Assembly (NCBI GenBank): GCA_951406725.2
Contig: OX597818.1
Span: forward strand, 84,568,001 to 84,632,000
Length of the DNA: 64,000 nt
DNA from: Octopus vulgaris
Lineage: Eukaryota
Reading direction: 5' to 3'
Positions 28,137 to 40,129 of the stretch are shown here, one piece after another (position 1 is the stretch's first letter; each line of letters starts with the position of its first letter). Made by a program: the position numbers and the translations under genes. The notes below the pieces were generated by a model that worked only from the letters and a program-made list of their open reading frames with translations, was not told where the DNA came from and did not search any database.

Positions 28137-28214
28137 TATCTTACTGCTGTTTCTGGGATATCCCAGATGATGGGTCTACACCTCCGTACACTAGATATTC
28201 TGTCATTAGAGACA
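28137..28214 (-). ncRNA. HHR copy with mutated core (CUAAUGA)
   Basis: Minus strand tgtct-CTAATGA-...ctgggatatccca-GAAA-cagcag-TA-agata. The G5-to-A change is expected to be inactivating. Confidence 0.7.
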
Positions 28215-28442
28215 AGGTGTGCATGCAGGTAAGTTCCAGACAGAGAATTCGCAGTATATATAGCAATAAAACAGTATTCCTTCAATTTGAATGCAACATT
28301 CCAAATACTGCCTCGATTTACCTTGACTTATACTAAAGAAGCTCTACCTTCACGGAAGAAAGGAGTAACTTCCATGCACTCTGTGAACTATATTCTTCTG
28401 TCTTTTATTCTTCCATCTACTGTTTTAATTTTTATTCTTTTA

Positions 28443-28825
28443 CTAGCAGTATCGCCCGGCGTTGCTCAGGTTTGTAAGGGAAATAACTATAAAGCATTTT
28501 TAGAGAGTTATAGCCAAAAAATAGCAAAAAAATGGAACAAAATGATGGTAAATTTTTTTTGAGAGTAAAAAGAGGTGGAGTTGCGTCCCCTAGACAGTTT
28601 GCGGTTTGTGTTTCTGATTCTCGACCCCATGTCGAATTTATCGATTTTTTCAGAACTGGGGGAACTTTTCAAAATTTTCGCTGCGTTAGTTTTGAATTAT
28701 GACATTGGGCTATGTGTGTGTCAAGTTTCATCAGAATCGGTTGAAAGCCGTGGTCAGGGTGAGGGTACAAGCAAACAGACACACAGAAACACGCACAGAC
28801 AAACTGCTGTTTATATAGAGAGAGA
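28443..28825 (-). mobile_element. non-autonomous Helitron
   Basis: Minus strand starts A|TCTCTCTCTATATAAAC and ends with an imperfect hairpin (cctgagcaacgccggg) then CTAG|T; inserted between A and T with no TSD. Confidence 0.8.
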
Positions 28826-28856
28826 TACACTGTGAATTCTCTGTCTGGAACTTTCT

Positions 28857-28930
28857 TGTCTCTGATGATGGAATACCCAGTGTATGGTGATGACGCTTCA
28901 CCTGGATATCCCAGAAACGGCTGTAAGACA
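28857..28930 (+). ncRNA. type I hammerhead ribozyme with canonical core
   Basis: Stem I tgtct/agaca; CTGATGA (28862-28868); extended stem II tggaatacccag...ctggatatccca; GAAA (28914-28917); stem III cggctg; GUA triplet with predicted cut after 28925. Confidence 0.85.
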
Positions 28931-29131
28931 TTAATTACTTCTACTTCTCCATATTTTGATTCACCTTATTCTAATTAAATATTCCAAATGACCTAAGATA
29001 TTCGTCCTGCCTTGGTTTTGTTGTCCATTTTCCTTTAATATATATATGTATATATGTATATGTGTGTATGTGTGTGTGCATGTGTGTGTGCGTTTGTGTG
29101 TATGTGTGCGTGTGTGCGTGTGTGTGTGTGT

Positions 29132-29166
<35 letters not shown>

Positions 29167-29169
<3 letters not shown>

Positions 29170-29496
29170 TAATCAATGAAATCCCAACTTAGTCTGATTT
29201 TAGAGTTTTATTATTTGCAATTTTTGCTAGTTTACAATTTTACAATATTGGAAAACTAGTACTTTCATGTCTTACACGATCATCAGGTTTAAGTAATGAC
29301 AGTCGTGTTCCATAATTGACAGCTGTGATCAATGGCAGTTGTCAGAAGTGGAACACGATTGCCACTATGTAAACCTGATGACTGCGTAACGTACGAAAGT
29401 ACTAGTTAATTTCAAAATTGTAAAATTGCAAAATTGCAAAACTTACGAATAATAAAACGTGAAAACCAGACTAAGTTGGAATTTCATTGATTAATA
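29167..29496. ncRNA. about 330-bp palindrome with two divergent minimal HHRs (29253-29290 minus; 29371-29407 plus)
   Basis: Arms are complementary end to end (tattaatcaatgaaat.ccaacttagtctg and cagactaagttggaatttcattgattaata). Each arm reads aaac-CTGATGA-short stem II-GAAA-GTAC-TA-gtt, with palindromic stem III and CUA triplet. Confidence 0.85.
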
Positions 29497-29535
29497 TATT
29501 GTTCTATACACAATCATACAAACTCGATATATATA

Positions 29536-30293
29536 TCTTCTCTATATATAAAACTGAAATACGTTTGGACCGCTTGGATCGCTTTCAAGGCCACTACATC
29601 CCGTCCGATTGACTCCAAAATTTACAGGGGCAGATAAAATAAGGTGACGATGCTAGGTGTCGTTGCTAGGGCCAAAAACCCACTTTGACAATTCCACTCC
29701 CATTCTTTAATGTATCTGTCTTCCTCACTCACTCACGCTATTTCCTCCCTTCCCAGCACTTTTCCACTCACTCTATTTCCTACCTTCCCATCACTTTCAC
29801 TTCGTCAAACGGCGTTCTTTTATGTATCTGTCTGCATTCATAGAGAGATTTATCATCGCTACCACCACCACACAATCATGACAACAAATATTATGAATCT
29901 CGCCATCGCATTCTATTGTCTGCCTGTCAACGCGCCGATGGAGCAAATACAAACAGAACACACCAACGAGCGTTCGTGTTCTGGTGATAACGTAGGTTTT
30001 TCGTATCTATTACATTTTAACATTTATTTAGAACCCTGCAAATTTTTCGTGCTAAATTTTCATTTTTTACTACTTTATTATTTTTTCTTAAATTGATGCT
30101 TTTATTAAAATTAATTCTAATTGTCTGGGTCAACAGTTCGTTTCCTCGGAGGATATGGAAATTCCTATTAACCGTCAGAGAAATAACTCCAGCAGCTCAC
30201 AACTATTTCAACAAAGACAAGGTTACCTGCTTACCAGTCGAATTCAGCGTCAACGCTCACGTATGAGAGACATTCCAACACACACACACACAC

Positions 30294-30356
<63 letters not shown>

Positions 30357-31510
30357 GTGTGCATTATGTGGTCGGTCGGTTCTGCTGAAAATATGCACAC
30401 CTATGTTAAAAGTGCTGGCAAGTTTGCATGACAACTATTTTTTTTCCTCATCTTATAAAATGTGGCCCCAGTAGACTCGAATGAAATCGGGTTATATTAA
30501 CAAAAATGTGAAAAGGGGTCTAAATGGGGCTGGAAGGGGATTAAAATTTAAAGGAGCGGGTGTTTAGGAATTCTCTCTTACATCAAGCTAAAGAATTTGC
30601 GCCAGCCTTTTAATCGCCAATGTGTTGCCGTCCATGATGAAGAAGTTTTGAATACTTGCCATGGTGAGTCTACTGTCGTGAGAAAGAATCACTTCAAAAC
30701 TTGGTGTTTACGGATTTTCTTTTACATCAAGTTCAAAATTTTACGCCAGCCGTTAAACTGTCAAAACGTTGCTGTTCGTCGTTAAGAAATGCCAGCCATG
30801 GTGACTCTACTATCCTCACATTCTATCCCTTCAAACTTTGGTTTCCAATATTTTATTATTTTTATTCAGCTCGCAAGTTCGTCTGTCCCTTTTAAATGTT
30901 AGTGTTTTGCTGTCTGCCTTGAAGCAGACCTTTCCGTTGTTACTGCCTGATATTTATGATTAATCTTTCTAAATATTTTATTTCTCAACTTACTCAAGAT
31001 CTTTTGTTGTTTATAAATGGGAGAGAGAGAGATAAAGATAGAGAGTAAGAGAAAGCGAGGGAGAGTCCGAGAGAAAGGAAGAGTAAGAGAGTGGGGAAAG
31101 TGAGAGAGAAAGAAGAGAGAAACAAAGACGGAGAATCATCATCATCATCGTTTAACGTCCGTTTTCCGTGCTAGCACGGGTTGGACAGTTTCACCGGGGT
31201 CTGGGAAGCCAGGTGGCTGCACCAGGCTCCAGTCTGATCTGGCAGTGTTTCTACAGGTGGATGCCCTTCCTAACGCCAACCACTCTGTGAGCGTAGTGGG
31301 TGCTTTTTTCGTGCTGCCGGCACAGGTGCCAGGGGGGCTGGAAGCGGCCACGATCGGTTGGTGCTTTTTACGTGCCACCGGCACAGAAGCCAGTCAAGGC
31401 GGCGCTGCAATCGTCCACGTTCGGATGGTGCTTTTTACGTGCTGAAAGGAAGCAACAGAAACTAACAACCACACTCGTACCCGCGCGTAGAGCGGGTCAC
31501 CTTCAACTAG
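29536..31510 (+). mobile_element. about 2-kb non-autonomous Helitron with nested repeats
   Basis: 5' end A|TCTTCTCTATATATAAA. 3' hairpin acccgc-gcgtaga-gcgggt (31479-31497) followed by CTAG|T at 31507-31511. Internal about 140-bp tandem duplication (30570-30845). That the two ends belong to one element is inferred. Confidence 0.72.
31137..31442 (-). mobile_element. SINE family E with internal about 55-bp repeats and (GAT)n tail
   Basis: Contains ggttggcgttaggaagggcatcc (minus strand), three ggtgcttttt.cgtgc units, and the tail aacggacgttaaacgatgatgatg. Confidence 0.75.
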
Positions 31511-31534
31511 TATATATATATATATTCTCTTATT

Positions 31535-31790
31535 TGTTTATTTGTTTCAGTCATTTGAGTGCCCCCATGCTGGAACACTGTCTTTAGTCGAACAAATCGA
31601 CTCCAGGACTTATTCATTGTAAACCTAGTACTTATTCTATCGGTGTCTTTTGCCGAACCACTAAGTTACGGGGACGTATTCACCTACATCGGTTGTCAAG
31701 CGATGGGACAAACACAGACACAAATACACGCACACTCACACACACACAGACACATACATATATACAACGGGCTTCTTTCAGTTTCCACTC
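31535..31790 (-). mobile_element. SINE family A tail and partial head
   Basis: tttcagtcatttgagtgcccccatgctggaaca...tttgccgaaccactaagttacggggacg...acgggcttctttcagtttcc. Confidence 0.8.
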
Positions 31791-31799
31791 AACGCCATA

Positions 31800-32123
31800 T
31801 ACTGACATAAACTCAGTGCCATGAGCCTTACTCACTCATCGGTTTTCAAAATTGGACAAAATCGGACAACAAATTCAAAAGCTGCAGGAAAAATAACATC
31901 GTTGTGTGAATTTCCATTCACACGCCCGACTGAGCACACAAAAGTCGATGGCAACTGAGCATTATCGAGTTTTCGAAACATTCCGGCCTTATTTGAACTT
32001 CATGGCATGTGATCTACATATGTGCCAAAAATCCTTAAAATCGGTTGGACGGTGTGGGAGGAGTTAGAGTGACCCAAACGCACACACAGAGTCAGACACC
32101 AATATACATTTATGTATATAGAT
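31800..32123 (-). mobile_element. Helitron-like non-autonomous element, 5' part
   Basis: Right end gtgccaaaaatccttaaaatcggttggacggtgtggga...acacacagagtcagacac...ttatgtatatagat resembles the right end of 28443-28825. Confidence 0.5.
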
Positions 32124-32445
32124 ATATGAGAATTGGTATGGTGATTGTAAATGCACCTCAGTCTTAAAAGTGACAATAGTTTCTAAATATTTTGCAAATT
32201 TATCAAAGTACCATACTAGTTTCAGTAATTTTTTCATTGCTAAAAGAAATAAAGAATTGTTAAAAAGAAAGAGAATGCACAATCCTCCTTGCAGAGAAAT
32301 GTATATATGAATGTGTGTGTACACACATATGTCGGTTTTTCAAAATAATTATCAGTTGCTATATAAAGAAGTTATAAATTAGGCTACGTATACACATACA
32401 TGAATATGCAAGCACACACACACACACACACATATTCACACACAC

Positions 32446-32529
<84 letters not shown>

Positions 32530-32945
32530 ACAGAGAGAGAGAGAAAGAGAAAGAGAGACACAGAGACAGAGAGATAGACAGACAGACACGAGTCTTCTTC
32601 CTAATGATCAGTTATCACATGGAACACAACCATTTATTCATTATATTTGATTGGGTTAGATATTTGAATCTGAAATAAAGGAATTACAAGGAGAAAGTTG
32701 CTTCGAATTCATATAGTTAATTGCTTTTCTTCTTTTTTTTTTCTTTTTTTGTTCACTTATTAAAAGGTTTGAAGTTCTAAAACTTCTCCATCTATATATT
32801 TTTCCACAACTATCTATCTGTTTGTCTATCTATGTATTTGTCTGTCTTGCTCTCTTTCTCTCTCTCTCTCTCTCTCTCACTCTCTCTCTCTCTCTCCCTC
32901 TCTCTCTGTATATATATATATGTGTGTGTGTGTACATATATATAT

Positions 32946-33167
32946 AATATTAGAAAAAACCCACTTTTTATCAATTGAAAATGAATAATTAAATTACACC
33001 ATCTAGAAAATTACATATAATATACATTATATTATTTTTGTAATTTACTTAATCTTTACTTTTTATTGTTTTTTTAAATTTTAACTTTTCTATTATATGT
33101 AATTTTCTAGATGGTGTAATTTAATTATTCATTTTCAATTGATAAAAGGAGTTTTTTTTCTAATATT
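32946..33167. repeat. AT-rich palindrome with about 78-bp near-identical arms, inside (TA)n
   Basis: aatattagaaaaaacccactttttatcaattgaaaatgaataattaaattacaccatctagaaaattacatataata matches the reverse complement at about 33091-33167. Confidence 0.9.
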
Positions 33168-33267
33168 TTATATATATATTATATTGTGTGGAATTTGATT
33201 TAGTATTTCTAAATTGAATTCTTTTTCCTTGTAAGTTTGGATTTTATTCCCTCAAATAATAATTATT

Positions 33268-33350
<83 letters not shown>

Positions 33351-33412
33351 ACATATATATATATATATAAAAGAAAAAGAGATGACACAGGATTATGTGA
33401 TGAATTCCATTA

Positions 33413-33492
33413 GTTTACTGCTTTTTCTGCTATAAAATGCATTGTACTCTTATATGAGTGTCCAGATAACAGCCTATAGCTTCATCGCAGCC
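33413..33492 (-). ncRNA. decayed HHR-like motif
   Basis: Minus strand gcGATGA-a-gctata...tatagc-a-GAAA-aagcag-TA; resembles the CAGCTG-type HHRs at 5995 and 28857. Confidence 0.45.
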
Positions 33493-33613
33493 TCAAATAT
33501 GAAGTGAAATTTATTGGGGTAAAGAAGAATTACATTTTTGTAATATACAGGGGAAGCATTACCAGTGAGAAAGTTATTGCTGATGTATGTGGAAGTGTCC
33601 ACACGCACCTACA

Positions 33614-33686
<73 letters not shown>

Positions 33687-34135
33687 ACACACACATGTCG
33701 AAAAAGGGACCAAACGTCTGTTCCGGGCTAAAAGTTGAAAACGCCGGGTTCCCGATTTCTGCTGCGTATATATTCTTATCCCGAAATAGGAAACCGATCC
33801 GTGCAGGACTACTCATGCTTTTCAGCTGAGTGAACTGAAGCAATAGGAAATGAAATGATTTGCAGAAGAGCACATCACGTCGACCAGGCAGGAGACGAAG
33901 ACACAATCTTACGATCAGGAGTGCTACAACCAGTCCATTAAGCCACGTGATCCCACATTTATACAGACGTGCGTGTGTGTGTGTCTGTGCGTGTGTCTGT
34001 GTGTGTGTATCTCTGTGTGTCTGTGTGTATATGTATGTGTGTACTCGGTCGCCTAAGCCAAACGAACTAGGTTCATATAACTGGACGAGAAATCGTTATG
34101 TTACACGGAGTTATATGAAATTGTTATCAAAGCGT

Positions 34136-34503
34136 AACAAAAGTGCTCAAAGAGCACAAATATTCGCCAAGGCAACATCAACGTCCTTTCAACGATTAGC
34201 CGGAGGTGATTTTTAAAATGAGAATATTTGAAATAAATTCGACAGTTCTCACAAACGAGAATACTAAAAATGAACCCGACCACTCAGAAAAATTAAGTAA
34301 AAAAAAAAATGGAAAAATAATCCAGAATCCTTGTCCTGTATGAGATCGACATCCAAAATATAATCAGTTCGTCCCAGTCACGAGGCCAAACATCCCTGAA
34401 AGTTTCATCCGAATCCATCCAGCGGTTCTTGAGATATCTTGTCCAAGGAAGACAAACACGACTGGAAACCATACCTCCGCCTTCACCAAGGCGGAGGTGG
34501 TAA
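34136..34503 (-). mobile_element. Helentron-associated non-autonomous element (HINE/DINE-1-like)
   Basis: Subterminal inverted repeat acctccgccttcaccaaggcggaggt (34473-34498). The other end has subTIR ttcgccaagg, hairpin gtgctc-aaa-gagcac (34143-34157) and a T-rich terminus on the minus strand. Confidence 0.7.
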
Positions 34504-36231
34504 TATATGTGACCAAAATATGTACCAAATGAGTTGAATGCCTCTTTCTTTCATTTGTCCACTCACTTGTTACACACGCACACGCACACATACACATACA
34601 CATAACCACTCACACACTCACACTTGTGCAGAATGAGAGAGCAGATGAAGTCACTATGTGTACAATACCCAATACAATGCGAACTGTAGTTAGGTTGCAT
34701 GGAGCTGGACAAGAAATTTTTGAGCAAGATGAAAATTTTTGTCATTGCTAAATGTTGTCTGCTAGTCGCATCTTTTCCTGTATTTTGGCTGGATAAATTA
34801 ACATATCTGTCTTTCTTATAGCTGTACTTAAGTATATCATCTATATTCGTATAATTACATGAAGAGAAGCAGCAAGACTACGGCAACGATTGCAAAAATC
34901 GAGATAAAATCTGACACAAAAATAATCTCTTCGGATAAGGAAATGTTCTCTTTGCCAGGGGTGGTCAGATAACTAAAAGAATGTTAACGCAAAACAATGT
35001 TCGATTCTTAATTGTATGAGAAGTATCCAAGAAATACCTTGAGCAAATTTTAACGACAGATTCAATTCAAAACAGTATTCTGTCGAAGTAATCAAAGATT
35101 TGGTCTTACGTTCAACGCTGTGGCCAAAATATGTTTTTAATTCACGTTGCTTTTTGTCCTTCTAACTTTGTTTCAAAATTACTGTTGCTCAATACTATCT
35201 CTTCGTTTAATCTTTATATCTCCAGCTGTGTGTTCCATATTGAATTCATTTATTAGGGTTTTTTTTTTTCTTTGTACGTACCTTTATATACTTTTAAAAT
35301 CCATTCATTTGTGGTTTATGTTTACTATAGCTACCTTTTTTCCTTTCTTTATTCCTTCCTGTTTTTTTTTTTTGTTTTTTTTTTTTGGTAAATATCAAGA
35401 ATGGTCACTTCTGAATTTAGATCCAAGAAACAGCATATATTTCACTGACCATACAAAGCTAACTTTTTAGTTTCAGTCTTCCATATATTGGAAATATAAA
35501 GAGAAAATTTTCTATGCATACTTGTTGAAGCATTGGTGTAACCATGATGTTTTGGTGATCTGATGTGCCAGATTTCTTTATCTACTTTGATTTGTAAATA
35601 TACAATTGTGTTGTATAACAGATAGCATGAATATTAGTGCAGATATCAAAACATAATTTATTGTAGACTGAAATTATGAACTGCAAATGGTTGCGAACCT
35701 GTCGTAATCCTAAGGGCCCTAAGTGCTTAAATAAATATATTCACCTCGCATACCTCCTGACGTTTAATGTTTTACACACACACAGACACAGGTATGTGTG
35801 CGCGCACGCGCTGTGTGTTAGGACACTAATACATACAAAAGCAAATTCAGCATGACTTCGGTGCGTTTAAATTGTGAAAACTTTAAATTCTATCATACTA
35901 GCACTGTAATTTTGCCAGCGATGAGAGATATAATTAATCATAGCCAAAGGAGTTTCAAACCGCTGAACCTACGCAGATTATATCCTCCATATACGAAGAG
36001 GATTGATGTCCTTCGTCTATCGTTTCCATGTCCTACTACGATTGTCACTAGCACATTTCTTTAGCACAAACTATCCTAGTAGATGGAGTATGTACACATA
36101 TACATCTATATGTGTGCGTGAGTATATATATAAGGAGAGAATTCACAAAAAAAACAAAACAAAAGACGAAGATAGGTAGGTGGTGTACACAAAAGTAGAT
36201 GTATTAGTTTTACGCTCGAGAAGTGAAAAAG

Positions 36232-36269
36232 TCTTTAACGTTTCGAGCCTACACTCTTCCACAGAAAGG
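36232..36269 (-). ncRNA. minimal HHR (CUGUGGA variant) in a PLE pLTR fragment (about 36130-36390)
   Basis: Minus strand ccttt-CTGTGGA-a-gagt gtag gctc-GAAA-CG-TT-aaaga; same family as 25468 and 14158. Confidence 0.7.
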
Positions 36270-36551
36270 AACTTAGAAAGAAACAAAAGAAATAAAGAAT
36301 ATGTAGTGGCTAGAGATTTATCATGGCGAATGCCGGACAGAGGGCTCACACAGGAGAGCTAGGATTAAGGGGAAATAATAAAGTAGTGATGCATAAATAT
36401 CATTTTACCTTTGCCCTTATAATACAGTAAATGAATTGATTGCATCGCAATCATTAACATTTATGTATTAACTTTGTTGGGTACTTCACTAGCAGTATAT
36501 TGGATATATGTTATCCCATGGAGGGTTGCATTTACAACCCCTATCTCAATT

Positions 36552-36610
<59 letters not shown>

Positions 36611-36997
36611 GCGCAGAAGTGTATTTGTTTGTGGTTGGATAGGTATTTTAGGTATTTGTTTGAATAAAGCAATACGTACAAAGGAGAACTATTTAAAACT
36701 TTTGAAACAAGTACATAAAATAAAAATTGAATTAAAAAAATATATAAACGCAATAATAGACGAACAATAACAGCAAAAGACATAAAAACAACACAACACC
36801 GAAACAACACCAATACCGAAACAACAATAATTTCGAGTAAAGCAGCACATTAACGACAACTTCAATAGTATAAACATCAGCTGAAGGCAGCGATCAGGGT
36901 TAATCTAAAAGATTGTAAACAGCAAACTCAGACAAGGAGAGCCGTCAGCATTTGATCGGTGTTTTAACTAAATTTCTCTAATTTCACTATCACTTAC

Positions 36998-37011
36998 AAA
37001 ACGACCGCCAT
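36998..37011 (-). CDS. candidate first coding micro-exon of an unidentified host gene (MAVV.)
   Basis: Minus strand aaagaaaaATGGCGGTCGTTTT|GTAAGT in non-repetitive sequence: A-rich start context plus consensus donor. No downstream exon was identified. Confidence 0.25.
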
Positions 37012-37245
37012 TTTTCTTTAAATGAATCATTGTTTTCAATAGTTTATGCACTGGAATTTTTTCGTTTACTTTTTTATTGTCTCTGTTTTATTTTTTTTAT
37101 GTCTTCCATTCGCTTTACTGTGTAGCTGTTTGTTGTTTTTATTATTTTTGGGGGAGTAGTGGAATAGATAGATAGATAGAGGGAGAGAGAGAGAGAGAAG
37201 CAGACAGACAACCGGACGGACTGACAAACAGACAGATAGACAGAC

Positions 37246-37341
<96 letters not shown>

Positions 37342-37657
37342 GGGTAATGGCCTGGATGAGATCAATAGATTTCACTATAGACAGATATTTAAAATAAATA
37401 GTTAAAACACCCTTGTACACACACTTATGCATACATATATTTACATAGATACACGTACACGTACGTGTAGATTTACATAAAGAGACATAAATATAGAGAT
37501 GCATAGAATACATACGTACAAACAAGAAGGTATATCTACACTCACAAACACATAGTCACACACGTACATCTATGTATATTTACATACAAACATATATACG
37601 TACATACATACGTACATACACACATCTACAAACTAATGCGTGTATGCATGTATGTGT

Positions 37658-37704
<47 letters not shown>

Positions 37705-37851
37705 CATGTACACATTTGACAACACATTCACTCGTGTATATTTGTGTGTGTGTATATATATATATGCATACGTACATATGTATATATATAAATGCATATA
37801 TTCACGCATGTATACATACATATACACACACTCACACACACATATACATAC

Positions 37852-37935
<84 letters not shown>

Positions 37936-38321
37936 AATCGAAAGAAAAACATTCACTTGAACCCTGCCAGACATTGAAAGATCAATAAACTAAAGAATTC
38001 TACTCTGGAACTGAGAAGAAAGATAGATGTAGCAGGTGTTGTTGTTATTGTTATTATTGTTTATATGTTGTACATTTTTTCTTATTCGTTCTAAACGCCA
38101 AATTTCTTGTCGATTTTGTTGTTGATGTTGCCCTTGTTTAATTTTATTCCACTCGTTTGTTATCGAGATAATTTTGCTGTTTATTATTTTCCCCTTCATT
38201 TCTCATTATTATTTACATTTGTTTAATATTTATTGCTTTACTTGTAATTGTCGTTGTTTATTGTTCATATTGTTGTTTACGTAAATATTGTTTAGTCTCA
38301 ACGTGGGTGTTTACTGTTTAA

Positions 38322-38395
<74 letters not shown>

Positions 38396-38419
38396 CATTA
38401 TTATTATTATTAACATCAC

Positions 38420-38467
<48 letters not shown>

Positions 38468-38574
38468 CATTAATGTTTTTCTTGCTATTTACTGTAAAAG
38501 TCATTGTTTATTATTTTGTTGTTGCTTATTATATATGAGTGAATAACAAAAGAAGGACACAAAACAAAACAGTC

Positions 38575-38670
38575 TGGTACGCTTGCGTTTCAAGCGCGAT
38601 GATATTCTTCAGTCATTTTTAATTCAAAATGCTAGAAGACTAGCATCGCGTTTGAAAATCAACTGTACCA
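38575..38670. ncRNA. short palindrome with back-to-back degenerate HHR motifs
   Basis: Minus arm tga-CTGAAGA-...-GAAA-cgc aa gcg-TA-cca; plus arm tg-ctagaaga-...-GAAA-atcaactg-TA-cca. Confidence 0.55.
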
Positions 38671-38733
38671 ACAAATTTGAATAAAACATTTTTCATCCAT
38701 CCATCCATACATACATACATACATACACATATG

Positions 38734-38777
<44 letters not shown>

Positions 38778-38805
38778 CATATACATATATATAAATGTTT
38801 ATATA

Positions 38806-38892
<87 letters not shown>

Positions 38893-38936
38893 AAATGGAG
38901 AAGTTATTAATGCAGGTGATTTTCAAATCTTTTTAC

Positions 38937-39020
38937 TTCCGACATATGTTTCGAAGAACAATGTTATTATTCCAGAGGGAATAAAATGTTGTAAAACAAT
39001 GTGATCTTCTCATCAGGGGA
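38937..39020 (-). ncRNA. type I hammerhead ribozyme with fully canonical core
   Basis: Minus strand tccc-CTGATGA-GAAGA-(long insert with internal hairpin)-TCTTC-GAAA-CATATG-TC-ggaa. G10.1-C11.1 pair, palindromic stem III and GUC triplet; one mismatch in stem I. Confidence 0.85.
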
Positions 39021-39379
39021 AAAAAGAGAAACAAATCACACCAATAAGCCATTTTAACCGCGCCAGCGCCTATATCTTTATTTTTATTTACATTGATATT
39101 TATGTTTACTATGATGATTATTCTTTATATTTTATGGTTTGTTCAGTGTGAGCGTTGTTCCACAGTCTGTATATTCCTCTTTATATATTCCTGTATATTG
39201 CTGATTATTGTCAATGCTGCTCAGCATTGTTTATGCAGGCCTTTAGTGTGAAGATTGTTATTTAATATGTAATGTTATCGTTTACTGTTGCAATTAGCCG
39301 CCCGTTTGAATAAAATATTTGTTATATGTAACAGAATAGGTATTAGTCCAAAATAGGCATTCCTGTATCTGTTTATTCC

Positions 39380-39388
39380 CATCATTAT

Positions 39389-39422
<34 letters not shown>

Positions 39423-39890
39423 GTCGTCGTCGTCGTCGTCGTCATCATCATCATTGTCGTCATCGTCATCGTCGTCGTCGTCATCATCTTTGTTCTCTTC
39501 TTCCTGCTCATCAGGATAATTGTCTTCTCCATCCTCCTCCATTTTCTATGTTCCACTCCTGCTAATTTTTTCCTCATCATCCTCAGTCCCCTCCTCATCT
39601 TCCTCCTCCTCCTCCTCATCATCATCATTATCATCACCCTCATTATCCTGAAGGACACCATTGACCATGTCCCCCTTATTTTCATCACCACCACCACCTA
39701 TAAACATCAGCATCACCCTTATTACCAATCCATTACCATTACTCTTTCCATCATTCCCACCATCACTACCACGATCATCATCATCATCATCATCATCACC
39801 AGCATCAGCATCAGTTTCAGCATCATAATCATCACCACCATCATCAGCAACATCAGCATCATCACCAACATCAGCAGCAGCATCTACTCT
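39380..39890. repeat. degenerate (CAT/CGT/CCT)n low-complexity tract
   Basis: Trinucleotide-derived; source of the poly-D/E ORFs. Confidence 0.85.
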
Positions 39891-40129
39891 GCCCACTCTA
39901 CCAAGCACTTTTTACAACTGATACTGTTATTGATGCTGTAATATTGTCGTTGTTGCTGCTGTTGTTGTTGTTGTTTATCGCGTTGTGTTGTTGTTGTTGT
40001 TTTTGTTGTTGTTGTTGTTTTCTCTTTTGTTGTTGTAGTAACAATCAATCTTGCTTATCTCCAAGAATTATTCAAATAAATCAAAACCAGACATGGAAAA
40101 GGAAGTGAATGTAGAGTATGCGTATCGGT

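Larger units (their letters stand above)
28021..29047. mobile_element. large inverted repeat (arms about 28021-28260 and 28826-29047), each arm carrying an outward-facing HHR
   Basis: attaaaggaaaatggacaacaaaaccaaggcaggacgaatatc...gaagtagaagtaattaat matches the reverse complement of attaattacttctacttc...gatattcgtcctgccttggttttgttgtccattttcctttaat. Both ends lie in (TA)n. Confidence 0.9.

Noticed and set aside
35390-35720. Possible hAT dimerisation-domain relic on the minus strand
   Set aside because: Only scattered residues match; not distinguishable from chance without a profile search.
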